Source: Mobula hypostoma (taxonomy: Eukaryota). Taken from it: DNA of 64,000 nucleotides. Below the pieces are notes generated by a model, which saw nothing but the letters and a program-made list of their open reading frames with translations, was not told the DNA's origin and ran no database searches. Below, one piece after another: positions 11,109 through 21,959 of this stretch (its first letter is position 1; each line of letters opens with the position of its first letter). The stretch is taken from positions 201,192,001 to 201,256,000 of the forward strand of contig NC_086100.1 in NCBI RefSeq assembly GCF_963921235.1, read 5' to 3'. Made by a program: the position numbers and the translations under genes.

Positions 11109-12734
11109 ACAGATTGACAAGGAGGAGGTCCTTGCTGTCTTGAGGAAAATTAAAGTGGATAAATTCCCGGGACCTGACAGAGAGTTCCCTCGGACCTTGA
11201 AGGAGACTAGTGTTGAAATTGCGGGGCCCTGGCAGAAATATTTAAAATGTCGCTGTCTATGGGTGAAGTGCCGGAGGATTGGAGAGTGGCTCATGTTGTT
11301 CCGTTGTTTAAAAAAGGATCGAAAAGTAATCTGGGAAATTATAGGCCGGTGAGTTTAATGTCGGTAGTAGGTAAGTTATTGGAGGGAGTACTGAGAGACA
11401 GAATCTACAAGCATTTGGATAGACAGGGACTTATTAGGGAGAGTCAACATGGCTTTGTGCGTGGTAGGTCATGTTTGACCAATCTGTTGTAGTTTTTCGA
11501 GGAGGTTACCAGGAAAGTGGATGAAGGGAAGGCAGTGGATATTGTCTACATGGACTTCAGTAAGGCCTTTGACAAGGTCCCGCATGGGAGGTTAGTTAGG
11601 AAAATTCAGTCGCTAGGTATACATGGAGAGGTGGTAAATTGGATTAGACATTGGCTCAATGGAAGAAGCCAGAGAGTGGTGGTAGAGAATTGCTTCTCTG
11701 AGTGGAGGCCTGTGACTAGTGGTGTGCCACAGGGATCAGTGCTGGGTCCATTGTTATTTGTCATCTATATCAATGATCTGGATGATAATGTGATAAATTG
11801 GATCAGCAAGTTTGATGATGATACAAAGATTGGAGGTGTAGTAGACAGTGAGGAAGGTTTTCAGAGCCTGCAGAGGGACTTGGACCAGCTGGAAAAATGG
11901 GCTGAAAAATGGCAGATGGAGTTTAATACTGACAAGTGTGAGGTATTGCACGTTGGAAGGACAAACCAACGTAGAACATACAGGGTTAATGGTAAGGCAC
12001 TGAGGAGTGCAGCGGAATAGAGGGATCTGGGAATACAGATACAAAATTCCCTAAAAGTGGCGTCACAGGTAGATAGGGTCGTAAAGAGAGCTTTTGGTAC
12101 ATTGGCCTTTATTAATCAAAGTATTGAGTATAAGAGCTGGAATGTTATGATGAGGTTGTATAAGGCATTGGTGAGGCCGAATCTGGAGTATTGTGTTCAG
12201 TTTGGTCACCAGATTACAGGAAGGATATAAATAAGGTTGAAAGAGTGCAGAGAAGGTTTACAAGGATGTTGTCGGGACTTGAGAAACTCAGTTACAGAGA
12301 AAGGTTGAATAGGTTAGGACTTTATTCCCTGGAGCATAGAAGAATGAGGGGAGATTTGATAGAGGTATATAAAATTATGATGGGTATAGATAGAGTGAAT
12401 GCAAGCAGGCTTTTTCCACTGAGGCAAGGGGAGAAAAAAACAGAGGACATGGGTTAAGGGTGAGGGGGGAAAAGTTTAAAGGGAACATTAGTGGGGGCTT
12501 CTTCACACAGAGAGTGGTGGGAGTATGGAATGAGCTGCCAGACGAGGTGGTAAATGCGGGTTCTTTTTTAACATTTAAGAATAAATTGGACAGATACATG
12601 GATGGGAGGTGTATGGAGGGCTATGGTCCGTGTGCAGGTCAGTGGGACTAGGCAGAAAATGGTTCGGCACAGCCAAGAAGGGCCAAAAGGCCTGTTTCTG
12701 TGCTGTAGTTTCTATGGTTTCTATGGTTTCTATG
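11109..12734 (+). mobile_element. Young 5'-truncated CR1-type LINE (subfamily copy B) with (TTTCTATGG)n tail
   Basis: RT motifs [14 protein letters not shown] duplicated at 11105-11108 and 12735-12738. Confidence 0.95.
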
Positions 12735-13659
12735 ATGTGCCAAAGGCTGCCAAAATGACCTGATCTACCTGTGATGCCACTCTCAAGGAATTATGGATCT
12801 GTACTCTACCACACTCCTCAGTGGAAAACTCCTAGCGGCATTTACTTGATCTGCACCCCTCATTGGGTTGTATAGCTGTCAAATCTCCTAGCAAAATACA
12901 GTTCTAACCTATTCAATCTTTCCTTATAACTCAGGTAATCCAGATCCAGCAACAGCCTTGCAAGTTTTCTCTGTATTTTTTTTCAATGTTATTTACATCT
13001 TTCATGTATGTAGGTGACCAAAATGACACACACACTCCAAGTTAGGCCTCATCAAAGTCTTATCTAACTTTAACATTACATCCCATCTCCAATATGCTAT
13101 ACATTGATTTATGATAGTCAACGTGTCAAAAGATTTCTTTATGACCTTATCTATCTGTTCAATGAATTATGGACCTGTGTTCTCAGATCCCTTTGTTCTA
13201 CCACACTCCTCAGTGCCCTGCCATTCACTGTGTAAGTCCTACCCTAGCTGATCCTACCAAAGTGCAACACCTCACACTAATCTGCATTAAATTCCATCTG
13301 CTAATTTTCATCCCATTTTTCCAGCTGGTTCAGATGCTTCTGCAAGCTCTGATAGTCTTCCTCGCTGTCCACTATCCCCCCAGTACTGGTGTCATCAGCA
13401 AACTTTCTGATCTAGTTAACCAGATTATCATCCAGATCGTTAATATCGATGATAACCACAACAGACTCTGCACCAGTCCCTGCAGCACGCCCCCAGTCAG
13501 AGAGGCAACCCTGTCCTACACCTCTCTGGCTTCACCCCCAAAGCCAATATCTAATCCAGGTTACTATCTCATCTTGAATGCCGAGTAGCTGAACCTTCTT
13601 CATTCCCAGCCTTCCACATGGCCCCTTGTCAAATGTCTTGCTAAAGTCTATGTAGACTA

Positions 13660-13803
13660 TACAGAGTTTGAGTCCCTGCTGAACTGTTTCAGCCTGAAAC
13701 GTCCACTGATCGCTTATCCTAGATGCTGCCTGGCCAGCTGAGTTCCTCCAGCATTTTGAGCGTGTTGCTCAGATTTCCAACATATGCACATTTTCTGTTG
13801 TCT
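13660..13803 (+). mobile_element. Degenerate Penelope-type tail fragment
   Basis: GCCTGAAACGTCCACTG...AGATGCTGCCTGGCC..CTG matches the reverse complement of 2232-2332. Confidence 0.7.
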
Positions 13804-16800
13804 ACATAGACAACATCCACTGCCTTGCCTTCATCAACTTTCCTGGAACTTCCTCGAAAAACTCTATAAGATTGGTTAGACATGATCTACACACAAAGCC
13901 ATGCTGACTATCCTTAATCAGTCCATGTCCATCCAAGTATTTGTATATCCAAGTCCCTAAGAATCCCTTCCTATAATTTTCTCCCACCTGATGTCAGACT
14001 CACAGGACTATAATTTCCTGGTTTCTGTTTAGAGCCTTCCTTAAACAGCAAAACAACATTGGCTATCCTCCAAACCTCCGGTATCCCACCCATTGCTGGG
14101 ATGATTTCAATATCTCTGCTAGGACCCTTCAATTTCTGCACTTGCTTCCACAGCATTCAAGGAAACACCTTGTCAGGCCCTGGAGATTTATCCACCCTAA
14201 TTTCTCACAAGACAGCAAACACCTCCTCCTCTGTAATCTGTACAGGTTCTGTGAAGTTGGTGCTGCTTTGCCTCACTTCTATACAGTCTGTGTCCATCTC
14301 CTGGGTAAATACAGATGTATAAAATGCATTCAAAATCACCCCCATCTCTTTTGGTTCCACGCATAGATTAACCATTCTGATCTTCCAGGAGAGCTACTTT
14401 GTCCCTTACCTTTTATTCTGAATGACACACTGAAGCTTTGCACCCTGAAAATTTCACCTTCTAAGGCTTCTCACTTACCATGTACACTATTTGCCAAAAA
14501 AAAAGCCTGTCCCAATCCACACGTACCAGATCCTTTCTGATATCATCAAAATTGGTCTTTCTCCAATTTAGAATCTCAACACAGGGACCAGACCTATCTT
14601 TTTCCATCTTTACTTTTAAGCGAATAGCATTGTGGTCATTGGATGCAAAGTGTTTCCCTCCACAAACTTCTATCACCTGCCCTGTCTCATCGCCCGATAG
14701 CAGATCATGTATAGCATGCTTCTTTGTTAGGACTTCCACATACTGAGAAAAGAAACTTTCCTGAATACATCTGACAAACTCTGTCCCATCTAGTCCTTTG
14801 ACAGAATGGGAGTCCCAGTCAATATGTGGAAAGTTAAAATCACCTACTACAGCAACTCTATGTTTGTTGCAACAGTCTGTGATCTCTCTATGAATTTGTT
14901 CCTCTAATTCCATCAGACCGTTGTGGTCAGCTAATGTGCTCATACCTTCTGTATTTCTCAGTTCCACTCATAACACCTCACCAGATGAGTTCTCCAGTCT
15001 GTCCTGATTGAGCAATGTGGTGACATTTTCCCTGAATCAGTAACGCCTCCTCCTCCTTTAATCCCTCCTGCTCTGTCACGTCTAAAACAACAGAACCCTG
15101 GAACATTGAGATTATATAAAAATACAAGCAAACGTAAGAAAGTTAAACTACAAGAAAAAGATACCAATTCTACATCTGAACATGTAGATTTGTTGTTCTG
15201 CAGTGGTTTTCTGTGCAAAGGCATTAAAATTACTGTATAAATCACAAAAGTAAATAGATACAGTAATCCAAAACCCACCACACCAAGCAACACCGGACCC
15301 TGAGCTCCTGCCTCAAACTCCAACCCAATAAATGTCAAAGTGCCACTTGCCTGCTTCACAACATATTGCACCAACCATTAATAGAAGCTTGTCCCAGTTT
15401 ACTTATCCCTTACTGGCATCAATTTTCCTGCCCCAGCGGTGAGCGTGAGCAGCTTTAGCCGCAGGTCTGGCGACGGGAGGTGCAGTGCCGAGAGCAGCCA
15501 GCAACGACACCAGACTCTGCCCCTCATGATGCTGGACCCCTCCAGCCGCACCATCGGACTCTGACCGCCGCAGTGATGGACCACAACGTTGGATTGTGCC
15601 GCTGAAGTTCAGAATGTACCTCCAGCTGCCAGGCTGACCAAATTCAGCCCCACTCTTTCATTTCCCCCTCCCACTTACTGGGTCAAAGGCCCACTACAGG
15701 AAGGATGTTGAGGCTCTGGAAAGGGTTCACCAGAATGCTGCCTGGTTTAGAGGGCATGAGCTGTTACGGCAGGCTGGACTAACATGGGTTGTTTTTTCCT
15801 GAGCACGGAGGCTGAGAGGAGATCTGACAGAGCTTTATAAGATCATGAGAGGCATAGATAGAGTGGACAGAGAGTATGTCAAATAACAGAAGGTGAGAGG
15901 GGGTAGGTTCAAGGGGGATGGGAAGGGTAAGGGTACTCAGAGAGTAGTGAATGCCTGGAATGCGCTGTCTGATGTGGCAATAGAGGCAAATACGTTAGAG
16001 GCTTTTAAGAGAAGTTTGGATGGGCACATGGATGTGAGGAAGATGGAGGGATATGGTCATTGTGTAGGTAGGAGAGATTAGTGTTTGGGTGTTTAGCTGG
16101 TCTGGCACAACATTGTGGGCTGAATGGCCATTTCTTGTGCTGTACTCTTCTGTTCTGTGTAAGAAGTACGGTAAGTGGTGGTCTTGTGGATAGTCTAGAA
16201 GGTTTTTTGGACATTGACAGGATGCAGAGCTGGGCTGTGAAGCGCAGGTGGTGTTCAATCTGGAAAAGTGTGAAGTGATTCACTTTATAAACACGAGATT
16301 CTGCAGATGCTGGAAATCCAGAGCAACACACACAAGATGCTGGAAGATGCCCTTTCTAGCACTCCATGGATGCTGCCTGATCTGCAGAGTTCTTCCAGCA
16401 TTTTATGTGTGTTACTGATTAATACACTTTAGAAGGTTGAAGTTGAGGCAGAATATGAGTTCCTGGCAGAATTCTTGGTGGTGTGGAGGAACGGAGGGAT
16501 CTTGGATTGTACAACCTGAAATTCTTACTCTCTGCAGACATCCTCGATACAGAACCTCAGAGACTGAATGACAGAAAAGCATGAGAACCCAACGCCCCCT
16601 GCCCACCCAACACACAAGCAGCAGCAGAAGTATCAACACTACCCCTCCCCATCCGCCACCTATTCTAGCACAAAGGATAAGCACCCCCAAAACCCACCAT
16701 GCAAGCAACTACAAGCCCCCATGGTCTACAGTCCATCAAAAACAATATTTCAATATCCCACAGGCTCTCTGCCACTATCATGCTCCTTCCACAGCAAGAG

Positions 16801-16844
16801 GGTCTATCTCAATGTACCATCAGCCTGAAGCATAGCTTTTTATC

Positions 16845-17092
16845 TTGAGTTCCCCAACTCGAGAGAGAGAGAGAGACAGAGACACAGAGGGAGGGGGGCA
16901 AGGAGGGAGGGGGGAAGGAGAGAAAGGGGGAAGGGGAAGGAGGGAGAGGAGAGGGAGAGGGGGAAGGAGGGAGAGGGAGGGGAGACGAGCCATCTGGCAG
17001 CCACTCTCACTGTCCTCAATGTTTCTGCTCTCGCTGTGCTTCAGTTCGCTACGCCAGTGAGAATTGAGTTCCCCAACTGGGGGGGGGGGAGG

Positions 17093-17148
<56 letters not shown>

Positions 17149-17264
17149 AAGGGAGGGGGGGAAGTAGGGAGAGAGAGAGGGAGTCGAGCCATCTGACAGC
17201 CACTCTCACTGTCCTCAATGTTTCTGCTCTCGCTGTGCTTCAGTTTGCTACGCCAGTGAGAATT
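16845..17264. repeat. Tandem duplication (~200-220 bp units) each containing a (GA)n/purine tract and a ~78-bp unique segment
   Basis: TTGAGTTCCCCAACT at 16845 and 17064; GAGCCATCTG.CAGCCACTCTCACTGTCC...GTGAGAATT at ~16987 and ~17186. Confidence 0.9.
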
Positions 17265-17809
17265 CGTGTCCACAGGGCCGTGCATGGCCCCAAAGTTGCC
17301 CAACTTCATGCGGCACCTAAACATACTGAAACGTGGTCAACCGGTGAGTTCTAAGAATGGGAACACGCTACCATGCAGTTCTTGACGACTGCCACTGTTG
17401 ATCAAAGATCCCGATAGGACCCCAGACACCCTGAATTGGAAAATAGACACATTAGAAAGGGAAGAATGTAACTGTTTCACTGATGAACTGGGAGAAATCA
17501 CCGTCTTTAGCTCCACCAACATGTTGATGGGCTGGTTAAGAAGGACATGTGGCATGTTAACCTTTATTAGTCGGGGGGCTGAGTTTGAAGAGCCGTGAGG
17601 TAGTGTTGTAGCTCGACAAAGACCTGGTTAGATCACATGTGGAGTACTGTGTTCAGTTGTGGTGGCCCCATTATAGGAAGGATATGAAAGCTCCGGGGGG
17701 GGGGGGGTGCAGAGGAGATTTACCATGATGTTGACTGGATTGGAAAGATCAGTTGTTTGAGCGAGGCCTTTCCTCTTTGGAGCGAAGAAGGGTTAGAGAT
17801 GACTTCATA

Positions 17810-18145
17810 CGTGACTCCACGGATCATAACCTTCTCATGGTGGAGAAACTTGCCAGTCCTGAGATCCCCTGGGTGATGCGGTGTGGAGGTTAGCTCCTGG
17901 TGGGGTCACCCATGGCAGTAAGGTCAAAAGAGAGGTTCCAGACAGAGAAGGATCCTACTAAGAGCCTGTTGGTGGAGCTGGCAGAGGTCGATCTCACCTC
18001 ACAGAGGCAGTGAAGGTTGCACCAGTGAGGGGCCCCCAGTTGCATTTCACTCCATATCACTGGACCCCGCCCTCGATCTGTCAGGCACCCGTGCGTCAGT
18101 CTCCCCATGTATAACAGTCACGCACAGACATTCCCCATTAAGGGA
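17810..18145 (+). mobile_element. Probable RTE-type LINE 5'-region fragment
   Basis: GGTCACCCATGGCAGTAAGGTCAA..GAGGTTCCAGAC resembles RTE-clade 5' sequences from memory; no ORF support. Confidence 0.35.
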
Positions 18146-18589
18146 ATCCACATTAAGATCCCAGATAGGCTCCTTCAGCCTCCCAAGGACCCAACACAAC
18201 CCAAACATCAAGTGATCACTCTACTACCAGGAGTGTAGGCGAAGATGAGGCATAGCTCGAGTGGGCAGCCAGAGACTTTATCCCCAGAGTGGAAATGGCT
18301 AATGTGAGAGAGCAAAATGTTACGGTAATTAGAGGAAACTACAGGGGGATGTTAGAAAGAAGTTCTTAATTGCACAGACAGTTCTGGAACACACTGTCAG
18401 AGGATGAAACATTAGGGACATTGGGACACTTGTATAAGCAAACAGACGACAGAACAATGAAGGGTTACGTAGGTGGGAAGGGTTGGATTGATCTTATGGT
18501 CAGTACAATATTGTGTCCTGAAAGTCCTGTACTGTGGGCAGCAACGTGAAATGTAACAGAGTTGCAATATCAATGAATACAGACAGGAT

Positions 18590-18726
18590 CAAACACAGGC
18601 TGAGGGCTGAGCCGGTGGGGTTGTCAGAACGCCAAGGCCAGAGGGAGTGACGGGAGCCGGGCAGGGGGATATGTGTCAGTGAGTGAGAGGGCTCAGGCAG
18701 AGTGGGACAAGCTGTAGGCACGCAGT
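18590..18726 (+). promoter_or_regulatory. Putative promoter/5'UTR of the ADAM gene
   Basis: Short non-TE GC-rich stretch immediately 5' of the ATG; positional inference only. Confidence 0.35.
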
Positions 18727-18940
18727 ATGTTTGCCAGCAGCCTGCAACTGGTGGGGCTGCTCTGGTGCCTGGGTTTGAGTCGTGCAGAGACAGAGAGTGA
18801 AGGGAGTCACGGGGCTGAAGAGCTGGTGCTCAGGAATGCGATGCTGCCCGCCGCCCCCGGTAACACCACTGACAGCCGTTCGCCAGCAGCAGCCTCGGCG
18901 ATCAGGACTAAAGGAGCAACTGTCAAAGGAACTTCAGCAG
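18727..18940 (+). CDS. ADAM-family metalloprotease, coding exon 1 (signal peptide + Ala/Ser/Thr-rich linker)
   Basis: ATG then hydrophobic MFASSLQLVGLLWCLGLSRA; ends CAG|GTGAGT (consensus donor); 214 nt, phase 1, in frame with exon 2; non-repetitive GC-richer context. Confidence 0.8.
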
Positions 18941-19035
18941 GTGAGTGGAGAAAGTTAGCACACCCGTACTTCTGTCAAACCCGCAACATGAGCATTAAAG
19001 AAAGTGTCTGGGACAACATCAGAGATTAAAACGTG

Positions 19036-19742
19036 GGGAGGGTTCAGTGATTCCAGGTCAGGGAATGTTCTGTGATTATAGATCGGGGAATATTCGGTGA
19101 TTGCAGATCAGGGAATGTTCTGTGATTATAGTCCATAAGATATAAGAGCAGAAGTAGGCCATTCGGCCCATCGAGTCTACTCTGACATTCAATCATGGGC
19201 TGATCCAATTCTTCCACTCATCCCCACTCCCCTGCCTTCTCCCCATACTCTTTGATGCCCTGGCTAATCAAGAACCTATCTATCTCTGACTTAAATACAC
19301 CCAATGACCTGGCCTCCACAGCTGCTCGTGGCAACAGATTCACAAATCTGCCACCCTCTGTCCTTCAATCCTGAAGTTGTGCCCACTTGTCCTAGATAGA
19401 ATCCCCTACCATGGGAAATCACTTTGCCATATCTGAGCTGTTCAGGCCTTTTAACATTTGAAATGTTTCTATGAGATCCCCTCTCGTTCTCCTGAACTCC
19501 AGGGAATATAGCCCAAGAGCTGCCAGATATTCCTCATACAGTAACCCTTTCATTCCTGGAATCATTCTCGTGAACCTTCTCTGAACCCTCGACAATCGGG
19601 GAATGTACAGTGATTACAGCACAGAGAATAGACTGATTACAACACGGGGATTCTTCAGTGATTAAAGCACAGGGAATACTAAGTAATTACAACACGGCAA
19701 ATCTACAGTAGTTACACCACAAGGAACATTCGGTGATTACAG
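19036..19742 (+). repeat. ~25-bp minisatellite split by a minus-strand CR1 3' fragment (19132-19594)
   Basis: GGGAATGTTCTGTGATTATAGATC-like units on both sides of the insertion. Confidence 0.85.
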
Positions 19743-19756
19743 CTTTAGATTATAAG

Positions 19757-21820
19757 GCCATAAGACATAGGCCATTCAGCCCATCACGTCTACTCCACCA
19801 TTCCATCATGGTTGATCCTGGATCACACTCAGCACCATACACCTGACTTCTCACCATATCCTTTGATGCCCTGACCAATCAGAAAACGATCAACTTCCGC
19901 CTTAAATATACGCATGGACTTGGCCTCCTCCACAGTCTGTGGCAGAGTATTCCACAGATTCACAACTCTCTGGCAAAAAAAAAATTACTCTGTTCTAAAG
20001 AGTCACCCGTGCATTCGTCTAAATTCCAATGAGTTCAGGCCCAAAGCTGCTCCTCATAGGTTAACACCTTAGTTCCCAGAACCATCCTTGCAAGCCTTCT
20101 CTGGACTCTCTCCAATGACAACACATCCTTTGAGATATGGGGCCCAAAACTGTTGACAATACTCCAAGTACAGCCTGCCTTGTGTCTTCTAAAGGCTCAG
20201 CATTATCTCCTTGCTTTTGTATTCTATTCCACTTGAAATAAATGCCAACATTGCATTTGGCTTCTTTACCACAGAACCAACCTGTAACTTAACCTTCTGG
20301 GAGTCTTGCACGAGGATTCCTAAGTCTCTCTGCACCTCTGATGTGTGAATTTTCTCCCTGTTTAGATAATAGTTTACACTATTGCTCCTTTTACCAAAAT
20401 GCACTATCATACATTTCCCACTGTATTCCATCTGACACCTCTTGCCCTTTCTCCCAATCGCATTGCTTTCTCAGCACTGCCTCCCCCTCCATCTGTCTTC
20501 CTATCACTTGCAAACTTGGCCACAAAGCTGTTAATTCCATTAAATAATTATTGACCAACAATCTGAAAAATACTGACCCCTGAGGAACACCACTAGTCAC
20601 CAGCAGCTACCAGAAAAGCCCCCTTTATTCCCACTCGCTGCCTCCTGCCTGTCAGCCATTGCTCTATCCATGCCAGTATCTTTCTTGCAACACTGTAGGA
20701 TCTTATCCTGTTAAGCAGCCTCCTGTGTGGCACTTTATCAAAGCCCTGCTGAAAATCCATGTAAATGACATCCACTGCCTCTCCTTTGTCCACCTTGCTT
20801 GTTACTTCCTTGTGGATATCTAACAGATAACAGGCACCTCAAAACCTCATCCTCAATAATAGACTCCAAAACTTTCCCAGCCACTGAGGTTTAGCTAACT
20901 GGCCTATAATTTCCTTTCTTTTGACTTCTACCCCTCTTAAAGAGTGGAGTACCATTTGTAATCATCCACTCCTCTGCAACCATGCCAGAATGAAGTGATT
21001 CTTGAAAGATCATGACCAATGCATCCATTATCTCTTCAGCAACCTCTCTCAGGTCTTTGGGATGTAGTCCATCTGGTCCAGGAGACTTATCCACTTTAAG
21101 ACCTTTAAGTTTGCCTCGCACTTTTTCCTTTGTAATAGCAATGGCACTCACTCCTGCTCCCTGACACTCACAGACCTCTGGCACACTGCTAGTGTCTTCC
21201 ACAGTGAAGGCAGATGCAAAGTACACATTAAGTTCATTTGCCATTTCTTTGTCCCTCATTACTACCTCACCAGCATCATTTTCCAGTGGTCCAATATCAA
21301 CTCTCACCTCCCTTTTACTCTTTATATAACTGAAAAAACTTCCAGTATCCTGCTTTGTATTATTGGCTAGTTTGTCCTCATATTTCACCTTTTCCCTTCT
21401 TATAGCTTTTTTAGTTGTCTTTTGTTGGATTTTAAAAGCTTCCCAATCATCCACCTTCCCAGTCACTTTTGCTACAACATATGCTCTTTCTTTGGCTTTT
21501 ATGCAGTCCTTAACTTCCTTTGTCAGTCACGGTTGCCTACCCCTGCCATTTGAGAAGTTCTTCCTTTGTGGGATATATCTTTTGAACGATTTCCCAAAAC
21601 GTACTGCCACCTCGGTTCTGTTGTCATACCCTCAGTACCCTTCTCCAACCCACCTGGGTGAGCTCTTTTCGCATGCCTCTGTAATTCCCTTTATTCCATT
21701 GTGATACTGATACATGTGACGTGCTTCTCTCTCTCAAATTGCAGTATGAATTCAATCATATTATAATCACTGTCTCCTCAGGGTTCCTTTACGTTAAGCT
21801 CCCTAATAAGATCAGGATTT
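19757..21820 (-). mobile_element. Decayed CR1-type LINE
   Basis: ORFs 20891-21466 (KSPGPDGLHP, GNYRPVS) and 20593-20793 (YMDFQQGFDKVPH). Confidence 0.9.
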
Positions 21821-21959
21821 CTGCCTGTGCCACGTGCCACAGAAGTGCAGGAACAGCACGATCAGGCATATTAATGTGTGGCTGAGAGACTGGAGTAGGG
21901 GGCAGGGCTTCAGATTCCTGGATCATTGGGGCCTCTTCTGGGGGAATATATATATTTAT

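Larger units (their letters stand above)
10550..15110 (-). mobile_element. Old CR1-type LINE (endonuclease to 3' tail) interrupted by younger insertions
   Basis: VGDFNFPHIDW, SNDHNAI (14461-14967); CLTNLIEFFEE (13802-13987); 3' end ~10550-10770. Confidence 0.85.
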
